Part shown: positions 29,739 to 39,637 of the stretch, piece after piece
Layout: every line of letters begins with the position of its first letter
Numbering within the stretch: position 1 is the stretch's first letter
Source: an uncultured Gammaproteobacteria bacterium
GTDB taxonomy: Bacteria; Patescibacteriota; Microgenomatia; Levybacterales; GWA1-39-11
Assembly: GCA_964537315.1 (NCBI GenBank)
Contig: CAZIAP010000001.1
Coordinates: 314,888 to 378,887 of the forward strand
Reading direction: 5' to 3'
DNA length: 64,000 nt
Made by a program: the position numbers and the translations under genes
The notes under the pieces: generated by a model
Databases searched by the model: none
Seen by the model: the letters and a program-made list of their open reading frames with translations, nothing else
Told to the model about the DNA's origin: nothing

Positions 29739-32066
29739 TTAAAACTTAAATAGTTTATTCTCAAATATCACTGTATGTCTTCCTGCAGGAACAATTACAC
29801 CGCGGAAAGCATAGTTTGTACGATAAATTTCAGTTTCTTTTCCGTTAATACTAGCGCTCCATGTAGGATAGTATGCATCAGTAAAAACCAGGTATCCTTC
29901 ACTATCACTATTTGTTTGAATATCTACCCTATTAGTATCATACCGTATTATACGCGCTGAACCAGATGCAAATGTTTGTGTTTGTATATCTCTGCCTACT
30001 ACTGCTTCAGAAGTTAAGTCATGTGAGTATAAGGCAGACAACTCAGCTTCTTGTGTGGAATAGCTATGGATCTGGGATACAAAAAATACTCTCGGTAATG
30101 CACGACTATTTTGATAAACAATTGTTTGTCCTTCTTCTGCAACTTTTTCTAAATATTCAGGAACTGATTGGGAGGTGGCAAGAATAAATCTTGTATTCAA
30201 TAAATGCATCAGGTCGGTGTTCATACGACGAGGCGTAACGATTCGATTAAACTCAATTAATGTATTGGTCTCTCCCTCTCCTCTCTCTAGAGCTGAAACA
30301 TATTTTCCGTACCATGTAGTATATAAAGGATCGTATCCGTCAACTGATGCAAGTTTATAGGTTGTTAAAAAATTTGCAGGCATTACTTCAGAATTTAAAG
30401 ATGCAACTCTAAATGGATCATGCTGATTTTCTAAATATGAGATGGTCTGAGTATTTGGAAAAAGATATTCTGGACGTGTAAATGGCAAGAATTTATCTGA
30501 AAATCTTAGTAAGTCTAGCGCTGCAATACCAAAAAACAGGAGCGGAACCACAAGTTTTGACCGATTGCCTGAAAACACATGTGCAAAAAATGCTGAACAT
30601 ACTGCTGCTGCAAAAAGAGCTGTTGGAAGAATCAAGTTTTTTTGCGCTACAACCCAGTTCTCCAAACTCTGCGCACCAAGCCAGCCTACTTTAAAAAATA
30701 CTAATACCCAAAGAGCCAACAGAATAGCGCCCACTAAAAATAAAACAGTGTAAAACTGATAATATGTCTTTCTTCCTTTATTGAGACGTGCTGTAAAATA
30801 CTCTAAACCAAACGACGCCAATACGGAGAATGAAAATGTAGAAATAAATAATAGTCGAGTTGGCTGTGCTGTGGACAGTAGAGGAATTTCTAGCATGTAG
30901 GGAAGTCTTGCGATCATATTATCAGTCGCAAACAACAATGACATTAACAACGTTACAGTAAAAAATATAGTCCTTTTACTTTTATAGAAAATGACAGCAA
31001 TACCCGCAAACAATAATGGAACGATCCCAACATAACCAACTAACTCTCCATAATTCCACGTCCCCCAGTAATTTAGAGTTGTAGGATTTCCAAAAAAATC
31101 AGGCGCCACAAATTGTATCAAATGTTGGATGGGGATGAACCAACCCTCTTGCTGTGAATATAACTGATCTGTCTGTCGTGCTGAAAGTAAAATAAACTGT
31201 AATGTAGGAATCCATTGAATAGCAGTTAGTAATAAGTACAGTGTATAGGGTATGAAGAAAAAGAGTAATAGCTTTAAATTTTTAGCCTGAATTGCTCGAG
31301 CCAGCAAATATAACAAAGAAAATGCGACTACATAAAAGTGGGTTTGTAAGTGTCCAGCAAATAACGAAAAGGACAGAGAATAAGAAAGAATTAAACTCCA
31401 GAGAACAATTAGTTTGTAGTTTGTGACGGATGGTTTCTTACTATGTTTAGATTTTAGCCATGAACTATTAGCTAATAACCAACTACTACTTTTATCTATT
31501 GATAAAAGTATCAATGGTAGCCACAACACAGTGTGTATAATATTTCCCCACTCAAGCCAAGCAATAAAAAATCCGGAAAAAACAAAAGCTAATGCTCCAA
31601 ACGCAGATGCTGATCGAGAAAGATTTAAGTTACGGGTATATAGATAAAAGAAAACTGCCCCCAGTATCTGCTGTAGCATAATAAATGCAGTCCACCCTAA
31701 AATAAAATTCTTTCCTATCAATAAAATGTTTAATGGATAAAATGCTCCTGACTGAAAATTGGCAAGCAGTGGTTTTCCAGTCATTTCATAAGGATTCCAC
31801 AATGGAAGTTCTAGTGCACGCCAAGAATCCATAACTAGCATCTTCCAAGGAATTATCTGTCGAACAGGGTCAGTGATTAAAAAATTTTTAAATGGAATTC
31901 CGTTAGGATAATCGGCAGCATACAGATCACGGTATGGGTGATATAGACCGATAATTGTATCCGCAGGAACAGGGATAAGACCGTGTAGGATTGTTTGATG
32001 AAAGAGTGCAAGTACTGTGCAGACTAAAAGAAAAGGATAAAAATACTTGGTAATAACTTCTCTCAT
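29739..32066 (-). CDS. YfhO-family GT-C membrane protein
   Basis: PLWNPY.MTG.PLLAN.Q...FYP, GHLQ, LPRVF, DAYYPTW, NYAFRGV.VPAG.H. Confidence 0.85.
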   Translation of the reverse strand: MREVITKYFYPFLLVCTVLALFHQTILHGLIPVPADTIIGLYHPYRDLYAADYPNGIPFKNFLITDPVRQIIPWKMLVMDSWRALELPLWNPYEMTGKPLLANFQSGAFYPLNILLIGKNFILGWTAFIMLQQILGAVFFYLYTRNLNLSRSASAFGALAFVFSGFFIAWLEWGNIIHTVLWLPLILLSIDKSSSWLLANSSWLKSKHSKKPSVTNYKLIVLWSLILSYSLSFSLFAGHLQTHFYVVAFSLLYLLARAIQAKNLKLLLFFFIPYTLYLLLTAIQWIPTLQFILLSARQTDQLYSQQEGWFIPIQHLIQFVAPDFFGNPTTLNYWGTWNYGELVGYVGIVPLLFAGIAVIFYKSKRTIFFTVTLLMSLLFATDNMIARLPYMLEIPLLSTAQPTRLLFISTFSFSVLASFGLEYFTARLNKGRKTYYQFYTVLFLVGAILLALWVLVFFKVGWLGAQSLENWVVAQKNLILPTALFAAAVCSAFFAHVFSGNRSKLVVPLLFFGIAALDLLRFSDKFLPFTRPEYLFPNTQTISYLENQHDPFRVASLNSEVMPANFLTTYKLASVDGYDPLYTTWYGKYVSALERGEGETNTLIEFNRIVTPRRMNTDLMHLLNTRFILATSQSVPEYLEKVAEEGQTIVYQNSRALPRVFFVSQIHSYSTQEAELSALYSHDLTSEAVVGRDIQTQTFASGSARIIRYDTNRVDIQTNSDSEGYLVFTDAYYPTWSASINGKETEIYRTNYAFRGVIVPAGRHTVIFENKLFKF
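31409..31490. repeat. Inverted heptamer arrays inside the YfhO CDS
   Basis: ttagttt gtagttt ... atggttt / agccatg aactatt agctaat aaccaac; encodes SSSWLLANSSWLKSKHSKKPSVTNYKL. Confidence 0.7.
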
Positions 32067-33130
32067 GATATCAATAGTTGGTTAATCCTTTTGCAAAATT
32101 CCTCTATACTAAATCTATCTGAGGACTTTATAGCCGAGGCAGAATAATCTTTCAGTTTCATTTCATTTTTTATCAGAAGATTTGTGTAACTCATCAGTTC
32201 TTCTTGAGTATTCCATAATAATCCATTTTTTTCATGTTCGACTATCTCAACCTGACCTCCTGCATTAATTACTACTGGCACTGCGCCTGCCCCCATTGCC
32301 TCAACAGTTGAGATACCGAAGTGCTCTGCTCGCTCAGGATGTTTCTCAAGATCCTCTCCAAACCCTGATGCATGCCAGTATATTTTTGCCTTATTGTACT
32401 CTTTCCACAAATCTTTATTTATTGCATTTATGATAAATGAGATCGGATAACCTGCTGCCGTTGCTTGCATTTTTTGAAAATCAGCTAGGTCATGAGTACG
32501 AACACTTGCTGCAATAACAAGTTTCCAGTCTTTTAATCCTGCATCCACAAGCTTTTTGAAAGTATCGATCATGAAGTACTGCTTTTTGTAATCTGATCCC
32601 TCAACACCTGATTTCATAAATCTTCCCACATGAAGAATCACATTTTCTTTTTGAGCACTTTCTTTTTGTATATTGACCGGAGGATATAATATCTGGCTGT
32701 TTATACTCAGCTTCTTGTCTATTAACTCTTTTGTAAATTGAGAATTACAGATAACACCTGATACTTTTCGTAATTTAATTTTTGTTTTTAGATCTACCCG
32801 TACCCATTCAACCGGAAATTGCATATGAAGATATAGTTTTTTAGAAAACACAACAGGTATGCTTCCATCACTTAAATAAAAAATTACATCATATTTTCGA
32901 CTTGCAGATATTCGTTGGGTAAATGAGACACCTGGGCCAAAAATGTTTTTTTCACAACGAACCTTGGATAAATCTAATCCAAAGCGTTCTTCATTTTTTT
33001 CAATATCCTTCTCATCATCCCACAACATTATTACCTCGTGGTTTTTTGACAGACACTCGGCAGCCGTTAGCATGTACTTTTCTCCCCCACCTAATGTATC
33101 TAAGTAAGGGTCATATATAGCTATTTTCAT
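32063..33130 (-). CDS. GT4 glycosyltransferase
   Basis: GGGEKY, HVGRF, EHFGISTVEAMGAGAVPV. Confidence 0.92.
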   Translation of the reverse strand: MKIAIYDPYLDTLGGGEKYMLTAAECLSKNHEVIMLWDDEKDIEKNEERFGLDLSKVRCEKNIFGPGVSFTQRISASRKYDVIFYLSDGSIPVVFSKKLYLHMQFPVEWVRVDLKTKIKLRKVSGVICNSQFTKELIDKKLSINSQILYPPVNIQKESAQKENVILHVGRFMKSGVEGSDYKKQYFMIDTFKKLVDAGLKDWKLVIAASVRTHDLADFQKMQATAAGYPISFIINAINKDLWKEYNKAKIYWHASGFGEDLEKHPERAEHFGISTVEAMGAGAVPVVINAGGQVEIVEHEKNGLLWNTQEELMSYTNLLIKNEMKLKDYSASAIKSSDRFSIEEFCKRINQLLIS

Positions 33131-33134
33131 ATTT

Positions 33135-33211
33135 CAGTATGCAGTATTCTGTATTCGGTATTCAGATATTATTTCACATACTGTATACTCGATTCTCGAT
33201 ACTTTATACTG
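33135..33211. repeat. Inverted heptamer array pair (GTA type) between divergent genes
   Basis: cagtatg cagtatt ctgtatt cggtatt ... catactg tatactc gattctc gatactt tatactg. Confidence 0.8.
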
Positions 33212-33265
33212 TCTTGATTCTATCAGAGCTTGCATATGAAAAAAAGCTGTGGGATAATGAGAGTA

Positions 33266-33511
33266 ATGAGCCCACTTGTAAATTCGCCTATTTTTCTTGC
33301 GCTAGTGATTTGGACTACTCTATGGAGAGCTCTTGCTTCGTGGAGAGCTGCCAGAAGCGGTCAAAGAAATTGGTTCATCGCGTTCTTTATTCCGATTAAT
33401 ACAGCAGGTATTCTTGAAATAATTTATCTGGTAAAGTTTGCTAAAAACCCACTTACCCTCGATGAAATTCGCAGCTGGGTACAAAGCAAACCCACCTCGA
33501 AGAAAAAGTAA
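33266..33511 (+). CDS. DUF5652-like small membrane protein
   Basis: W..LWRALASWRAARSGQRNWFIAFF..NTAGILEIIYL pattern; TG-n-GATAAT 7 nt before ATG 33266. Confidence 0.75.
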   Translation: MSPLVNSPIFLALVIWTTLWRALASWRAARSGQRNWFIAFFIPINTAGILEIIYLVKFAKNPLTLDEIRSWVQSKPTSKKK

Positions 33512-33512
33512 G

Positions 33513-33620
33513 TTAGTTATTGGTTAATAGTTCGTGGTTCACAGTTCATGGTTATTGGTTCACAGTAAAGCTTCAATAAATTGTTCGCGGTTATTGGTTC
33601 ATGGTTCGTGGTACATGGTT
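33513..33620. repeat. Long heptamer array (NYRGTTM) downstream of the four-helix-bundle gene
   Basis: ttagtta ttggtta atagttc gtggttc acagttc atggtta ttggttc acagtaa ... gcggtta ttggttc atggttc gtggtac atggtta. Confidence 0.9.
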
Positions 33621-33981
33621 AATTCAAAGAAAGCTTCAAAGCATTAATCATTTTCGTAAGTGACAAACATTTCATATATATACGCTTATATTTCTCTTCT
33701 GATAAATACTTTTGATTATTAGCTATAGTAAGTATTGCCACACATTCAAAGCAAGATCCTTTTGCTATATCCAGGAAATGCCGAAAATCTTTCTTTGTTC
33801 TACTAGTTCCCTCTGCTATATTAAGTGTGATAGATACTGCAGCTCTCTGAAGTTGATTTGTTAACCCAAACTGTTCTTCTTTTGGAAATTTTTTTGTAAT
33901 CTGATATATTTCATTACAAATTTTTAATGCATCTTGATACACTCTTAGGTCTTCAAATTTAAATTTTTCTTTTGAGTCCAT
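33619..33981 (-). CDS. Four-helix-bundle protein (23S rRNA IVS-protein / Avd-like family)
   Basis: FEDLRVYQ...FPKEEQFGLTNQLQRAAVSITLNIAEG...FRHFLDIAKGSCFEC. Confidence 0.93.
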   Translation of the reverse strand: MDSKEKFKFEDLRVYQDALKICNEIYQITKKFPKEEQFGLTNQLQRAAVSITLNIAEGTSRTKKDFRHFLDIAKGSCFECVAILTIANNQKYLSEEKYKRIYMKCLSLTKMINALKLSLN

Positions 33982-34011
33982 ACTATGAACAATGAACTAT
34001 TAACTATTAAC
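33982..34011. repeat. Heptamer array in inverted orientation, abutting the four-helix-bundle start codon
   Basis: actatga acaatga actatta actatta ac; matches the reverse complement of 33516-33545 at 25/30 positions. Confidence 0.88.
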
Positions 34012-34022
34012 AACAAAAAGAA

Positions 34023-34772
34023 CTAGTTCTTTTTGTTTTGTAATTCCCAAAGCTTCGCGTAGGTAATAAACATTGAGTAGGTTTGGTAAATTGCTTCTAT
34101 AAATCCTTCCGTTCCATTTCTATACCCGTGGTCTTTTATATACGAGCTGAAAAAACCTGTAATCATTACTCTGATAAAACGAAGCGGCGTCATCGGTGGA
34201 TGTTTTGCGTCATACCTCAACTGCGCTTCATAATCTGACCACTCTATAGTTTTGTATAGCATCTGTGACAGATTCTGATGGGTAAAGTGATGTACCGGAC
34301 TTTCGATATGTCCGTACATACCATTAATTTCAGGAGTCTCGTGAACTGTTCCGTACCACTTAATAAATCGCTTTCTAACAAACAATCGCTGCACCTGATC
34401 CGTCATTCCCCAGTCTTTACCGTAATAATATGTTTTTCTTTTTATGTAGTATCCGCCGATATCAGAACTTGGATCATATTCAGATATTATCTTTTTTACT
34501 TCTGCGCAAAATCGCTTAGTTGCGAACTCATCTGAATCCAAATACAGTACCCAATCTCCTTTTGCTTGTCTAAAAGCAAAGTCTCTTTGATCTGCAAAAT
34601 TTTTCAAGCCGCGTCTGATAACTTTTGCTCCTGCAATTTTTGCTACTTCAACTGTCCTGTCAGTAGACTCTGAATCAACAACAATAACCTCGTCTGCAAT
34701 AGGTTTTATATTTCCGATACAATCGGCTAAAGTAAATTCTGAGTTTTTGGTTAAGATGATTACAGATAACAT
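34023..34772 (-). CDS. GT2 glycosyltransferase (WaaE/KdtX-like)
   Basis: DSESTDRT, FADQR, YLDSDE, VHE. Confidence 0.92.
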   Translation of the reverse strand: MLSVIILTKNSEFTLADCIGNIKPIADEVIVVDSESTDRTVEVAKIAGAKVIRRGLKNFADQRDFAFRQAKGDWVLYLDSDEFATKRFCAEVKKIISEYDPSSDIGGYYIKRKTYYYGKDWGMTDQVQRLFVRKRFIKWYGTVHETPEINGMYGHIESPVHHFTHQNLSQMLYKTIEWSDYEAQLRYDAKHPPMTPLRFIRVMITGFFSSYIKDHGYRNGTEGFIEAIYQTYSMFITYAKLWELQNKKN

Positions 34773-34779
34773 AATTTTC

Positions 34780-34856
34780 GTTCACAGTTCACCGTTCTCT
34801 GTTCACAGACTTCTTTTTTTGCTTTTACTGCGAACCGTGAACCAATAACAGTGAAC
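34780..34856. repeat. Inverted heptamer array pair filling the intergenic spacer
   Basis: gttcaca gttcacc gttctct gttcaca g ... ctgcgaa ccgtgaa ccaataa cagtgaa c; arms complementary at 21/29 positions. Confidence 0.85.
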
Positions 34857-34860
34857 CAAC

Positions 34861-35781
34861 CTAATCCGATACAGGATAGCTTCCTCTTCCAAATTTTCTG
34901 AGATAGAAATCTTTGACCCCAAGCTTTTGCCATTTACGTCCGTTTCGTAAAATTCTCAAACTTTCCCGTATAAGTGCAACTTTTGTTCTAACACTTGCAT
35001 ACCGCATACCAAATAGCATCCTATTACGAGAGATATAATAATCTTGTAGATCAGATCCTGATCCGCCGGTTGACCCAGCGTTATCGTGCCATAAAATCGC
35101 AGATGGAACAAAATAAATGTTCCCGTAGTCTTTAAGTTTCATACATAGATCATTGTCCTCATAATACAGAAAATAGTTCTCATCAAAGTTGCCGGATTTA
35201 CCCAGTATGTCGGTACGAATTAATAAGCATGCTCCGGTTCCAAACTCTGTTTTTTCAGTTTTGTCGTACTGACCCTTATCAACTTCGTCGACTCCTCTAT
35301 GATGACCGACAATATTTTTCCAATCCATTTTACCACCAGCGTACCAGATTACTTTTCCCTGCTCAGACTTTTTATATCTATCGCTATGGAACTCTTGCCC
35401 GGCAGTAAAATATATTTTTGGTGCGACAGCAACAGCATCTTCCAGTTTTTTAATTTCATTTACAAGATTAGTAACTAAGTTTTTATCAGCCGTCGTATCA
35501 TTGTTTAGTATCAGTACATAATCAGCATTTTGTTCTTTCGCAAAAACTATCCCACGATTATGACCACCTGAAAATCCGAGGTTCTTAGATGAATGATCAA
35601 TCGACAGATTAAGCTTTTCATATTTTTTAGTTGATACCTCAAAAGGTATTTTTGAATGATTATCAACTACTCTTACAATTAAATTAACCCCTTCTTGTTT
35701 CATCTCAAGCAGTGAATCCAGACAGCGAACTGTCTTTTCAGATGAGTTATAGTTAATAATTGAAATAGCTACTTTCTTCAT
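34861..35781 (-). CDS. GT2 glycosyltransferase (rhamnosyltransferase-like)
   Basis: NLGFSGGHN, ILNND, TGACLL, FDENYFLYYED. Confidence 0.92.
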   Translation of the reverse strand: MKKVAISIINYNSSEKTVRCLDSLLEMKQEGVNLIVRVVDNHSKIPFEVSTKKYEKLNLSIDHSSKNLGFSGGHNRGIVFAKEQNADYVLILNNDTTADKNLVTNLVNEIKKLEDAVAVAPKIYFTAGQEFHSDRYKKSEQGKVIWYAGGKMDWKNIVGHHRGVDEVDKGQYDKTEKTEFGTGACLLIRTDILGKSGNFDENYFLYYEDNDLCMKLKDYGNIYFVPSAILWHDNAGSTGGSGSDLQDYYISRNRMLFGMRYASVRTKVALIRESLRILRNGRKWQKLGVKDFYLRKFGRGSYPVSD

Positions 35782-37238
35782 GATCGTTCTCGTATTGACT
35801 GGTATACAAAACGTACTGTTTTAAGCAAATCATCTTTTGCCAACGCAAATACAAACAAAACATACACAACTCCTGATAATAAACCAATTAAAATAACCAT
35901 AGTAAGTGATGTCATGAAAGGAGAAGAAATCAAAATGAATGCACCCATCAAAATTGCTGCAATAAGCTGTTTATATACTTGTCGAATGAAAGAAAACTCA
36001 ATATATTTCTTTACAAAATATACTACTCCCAATCCGCTTGCTGCGACAAGAAATGACGCTGCTGCCACACCATTATACCCAAACGGATTAATTAACAAGA
36101 GTGTCAACATCCACGTGAGCGCAGTCATGTAAATCATTACGTATAAAGTAGTTTTTATTTTTCCTATAGCGTTCAAGAAATTAGTTAACGGCACACTTAC
36201 ACTAGCAACTAACGCGTTAAGACTGTAGAGAGTAAGAGCAAGAATCGCAGGCTCCCATTTTTGGTAACGCGGAATATACTCAACCAGTGGAGGCGCAAGC
36301 GTAATGATTCCGGCTACAACCGGAAAAATAAATAATGAAATTAGAAACAATGTTTTCTCTACTCCTCGCGCAAGTGCTTTCTTATCGTGTTGTAATCTGC
36401 TAAATGAAGGGAAAGTTACTTTTATAACATTATCCATCACAAGTCTCAGTGGTAAGAACGCCCATTTCTGTGCAAAACCTATGTATCCTACCGCGGTCAA
36501 AGGTAAAATCTTTGCAATAAACACAGCCAAAAGATCATCTTTAAGCAGCGCAAGAATACTATTCATCTGAAAAGGAACTCCAAACCGCATTAAAGATTTA
36601 ACTACCGGAAGCGAAAATGCAAAACCTACTTTCCAAGGATGTACATAGTAGGTTGCGATCAATCCAACGATTCCCCTAAGTAGGACAGCGACGGTAAAGC
36701 TATTTACTCCCCATCCTGATACTACCAGTACAATAAGCGCAACATTGTACACTACGTTTTCAATAATCTGAGGAATAACCAAACGCTCAAATTTTAGATG
36801 CCGTTCAAGCATCACAGTTGGAATTGTTTTTAAAGACGAAAGCAAAAAAGATATAAAAAATGCGTAAAGTAAATAAAGCCCAGGTGCATCAAGATTATAG
36901 AAATCGGCTATACGAGGAGCAAAAATCATTGCCGGAACAATTAGACACAAAACAAGTATTTGTTGTGTCGTAAATACATTGCGGTACTCCTCAAGGGTAG
37001 GTTCTTGTTTTTTCTGTATCAAAGAAGCTGCAAGACCAATATCAGAAAAATAATTAAAAAATACTATGATTGATGAAACAAGGAAAAAAATTCCAAAACT
37101 TTCTGGATCAAGGTAAACAGTTAGGATAAAACTGGCAATTATTCCCAGAACCTGCACTAAAAACGTACGTGAGATAAGTGCAGAGACTCCTTTGATTGAC
37201 CGCTTTGCGATCATTTGAATGTCAAGCTGTTCATCCAT
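35778..37238 (-). CDS. WzxC-like polysaccharide flippase
   Basis: LDPESFG, DIGLAASLIQ, VGY, VTFPSFSRLQ; 12-14 TM segments. Confidence 0.9.
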   Translation of the reverse strand: MDEQLDIQMIAKRSIKGVSALISRTFLVQVLGIIASFILTVYLDPESFGIFFLVSSIIVFFNYFSDIGLAASLIQKKQEPTLEEYRNVFTTQQILVLCLIVPAMIFAPRIADFYNLDAPGLYLLYAFFISFLLSSLKTIPTVMLERHLKFERLVIPQIIENVVYNVALIVLVVSGWGVNSFTVAVLLRGIVGLIATYYVHPWKVGFAFSLPVVKSLMRFGVPFQMNSILALLKDDLLAVFIAKILPLTAVGYIGFAQKWAFLPLRLVMDNVIKVTFPSFSRLQHDKKALARGVEKTLFLISLFIFPVVAGIITLAPPLVEYIPRYQKWEPAILALTLYSLNALVASVSVPLTNFLNAIGKIKTTLYVMIYMTALTWMLTLLLINPFGYNGVAAASFLVAASGLGVVYFVKKYIEFSFIRQVYKQLIAAILMGAFILISSPFMTSLTMVILIGLLSGVVYVLFVFALAKDDLLKTVRFVYQSIRERS

Positions 37239-37239
37239 A

Positions 37240-37956
37240 CTAAAATCTATTATTTCGAATATCCCACCACAAAATCAAACTCTCAAATATAGCTCTCACA
37301 ACTACCTGAACATTTGCTCCACTTTGTTTGCCAAATTTTCTTGGATAATGACTCACACCTACCTGTGCGATTTTTAAATTTTTTGCTTTTGCTTTGGCTA
37401 GAATCTCAGTTGTAATCATCGCTCCTTCTGAACGCAGCGGACTAATCTGTTCTATTGAGCTTTTCTTAAACATTTTGAACCCACAATCAATATCTTTATA
37501 ATAAAATCTGAAAAATAGATAATCCCAAACTTTTAGTAAATTCATCAGCACATGTCTCCCGAAATCGTCCTTACGTTGCTGACGAAACCCGATCACAACA
37601 TCATACTCACGTATATTTTCAATAAAAACAGGGAGTTCCTTCAGGTCAAACTGTCCGTCGCCATCTGTAAACACAATATACTTGTACTTTGAATTTTCGA
37701 ATCCTTCTTTCAATGCTGCGCCATACCCTCTATTTGGAGTATGTGAAATAACTCTTACATTGCGGTACTTCCTGGCAAGCTGCTTGGCTTTTTCCAGTGT
37801 TTTATCAGTCGAGCCATCGTCTATTAGCAAAATCTCCGATTTTTTTGCATGCTGTTTCACCACAGGCAAAGCGTTACTCACAACTTTTTCTATGTTTTTT
37901 TCTTCATTCCAGAACGGAAAAAATACCGATAGCTCAGGAAGCATGTTGTCTGTCAT
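37240..37956 (-). CDS. GT2 polyprenyl-phosphate glycosyltransferase (DPM1-like)
   Basis: NRGYGAAL, FTDGDGQFD, DIDCGFK. Confidence 0.9.
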   Translation of the reverse strand: MTDNMLPELSVFFPFWNEEKNIEKVVSNALPVVKQHAKKSEILLIDDGSTDKTLEKAKQLARKYRNVRVISHTPNRGYGAALKEGFENSKYKYIVFTDGDGQFDLKELPVFIENIREYDVVIGFRQQRKDDFGRHVLMNLLKVWDYLFFRFYYKDIDCGFKMFKKSSIEQISPLRSEGAMITTEILAKAKAKNLKIAQVGVSHYPRKFGKQSGANVQVVVRAIFESLILWWDIRNNRF

Positions 37957-39637
37957 ATGTTTGCTTTCGTATTATACCAGCAAATAACAAAATCAACCCT
38001 AATAATGAGATATAATTGCCTGCTCGTTGTACAGGCGTTTGTATAAATTCTGCACGAATTACATACGTGCCTTCCGGAACGCGTGCGGTAAAACCTTGCG
38101 ACGTGCGCGTAACGGATACTTCCTCATTGTTAATAAATACATGCCAGGCAGGATAATACGCTATATTAAAATGCAGTCGAGCAGCACTGCTTGCAACTAT
38201 CTCAGCTTCATATAGTCCTGTCTTACTTTGCCACTCGTTGACAGTGACATATTCGGGTACGCTTATTTTTTCTTCGGGAATCTCAGTTTTTGATTCTGGA
38301 ACATTAAAATCCGGCGGTAAATATTCATCTGATCTTTTCGTTACATCAAACGAAATATACTCTCTGTTAGTATAAAAATTATCATCCCTATCAAAAATTT
38401 CCTGTGGAGCAAAATATCGATGATTTATAAGTATAGTTACGACAATGATAGTCACCGTAACTACCAATACAGCTTTCTTCGACGATATTTTTGTAGTCAC
38501 CCAAACTAAAAATCCTCCAAGAACTGCAATATATAATCCTACAAAGTTTAAAAATCTCCATGGGAACTGTAGATACTCCATGCCAGGGATAACATCCCAA
38601 ATAGGTCTAGAGATTGGTGTAACTAGCAACAGACTTAATGCCAGAAGTCCTATTGACGATACAACAAAAAATCTGTATGCAATCTTGCGCTTAATTGTCG
38701 CAAAAATTATCACAATTGCTGATAGTATCAGGATAAATATATTGCTCTTTCCCAGCATAAAACTCATTCCGTCTGTGCAACCAGGAACGGACCCTCCAAA
38801 TCCCCAATTGCTTTGCCATAACTGGGCCACACACACAAAATGATCACGGAAATCTGAACCTCCTCCAATCTGAGAGTTCACATCGGTAAACCGCATTTCG
38901 AGTAATGCAGGTAGCCAGTAAAATGCTGATAACAATACTCCGCCAACTATTCCGACTACGATAGATAGAAAATAAATTTTCTTTTTTTTACGTATCAATA
39001 GCGAAGCCAATATTAAAAGACTGGAAAGAAGTAAAGTCATATACGCACTAAGGTTATGCGAAATAATAATTAAGGCAAGAGTTAGTGCAAGAAGTACTAT
39101 GTTCCAGAAATTATCGAAAAGTTTTTTTTCTTTGGCGTAGTAAAGCGAATAAACTGAGGATAAAAAAAGTGGAATAAAAATATATGCGTATAGTTCACTT
39201 AGATTACCTCTAACATACATATTGACTGCGTGGTACGGAAAATAGGCATATAAAACTCCAGCGGTTATTCCAGCAAAAACACCAAGAAATTTTCTGACAA
39301 AATAATACATGCTTAGTCCCGCCCCAACCATCGCTATACCAAATATTAATTTTGTTGCTGTCAGAGAATTGCCTAGAATTAAAGTAAAAATACCTCCAAG
39401 ATAGTATGGAAATGGAGCATAAAAGTTAAAGATAGGGTATCCATATCCATAACCAAGATCTTCTACCCAACGCACAGGAAACAGGCCGTCTGCAAGTGAC
39501 TTTGACATCAGATAAATACGAGATACCTGTGTATCGTCGTGCATGGCAAAAAAACCTGATTGAAAAAGAGACAATACAGTTCCGAGCAAAATAGCTATTA
39601 TGACTATATACGGAAGTAAAACTTTAAGTTTTTGCAT
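37934..39637 (-). CDS. PTPS-related/YfhO-like GT-C membrane protein
   Basis: HDD, FPVRW, GYGYPIFNFYAP, YVRG, SHN, QFPWRF, YYPAW. Confidence 0.85.
   Translation of the reverse strand: MQKLKVLLPYIVIIAILLGTVLSLFQSGFFAMHDDTQVSRIYLMSKSLADGLFPVRWVEDLGYGYGYPIFNFYAPFPYYLGGIFTLILGNSLTATKLIFGIAMVGAGLSMYYFVRKFLGVFAGITAGVLYAYFPYHAVNMYVRGNLSELYAYIFIPLFLSSVYSLYYAKEKKLFDNFWNIVLLALTLALIIISHNLSAYMTLLLSSLLILASLLIRKKKKIYFLSIVVGIVGGVLLSAFYWLPALLEMRFTDVNSQIGGGSDFRDHFVCVAQLWQSNWGFGGSVPGCTDGMSFMLGKSNIFILILSAIVIIFATIKRKIAYRFFVVSSIGLLALSLLLVTPISRPIWDVIPGMEYLQFPWRFLNFVGLYIAVLGGFLVWVTTKISSKKAVLVVTVTIIVVTILINHRYFAPQEIFDRDDNFYTNREYISFDVTKRSDEYLPPDFNVPESKTEIPEEKISVPEYVTVNEWQSKTGLYEAEIVASSAARLHFNIAYYPAWHVFINNEEVSVTRTSQGFTARVPEGTYVIRAEFIQTPVQRAGNYISLLGLILLFAGIIRKQTYDRQHAS

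Noticed and set aside
33139-33399. 86-aa plus-strand ORF (MQYSVFGIQILFHILYTRFSILYTV...)
   Set aside because: Its N-terminus is just the translated heptamer array, and it overlaps the DUF5652-like gene in another frame.
33619-33981. Diversity-generating retroelement suggested by the Avd-like protein
   Set aside because: No reverse transcriptase and no template/variable repeat pair with adenine-specific differences was seen in the window.
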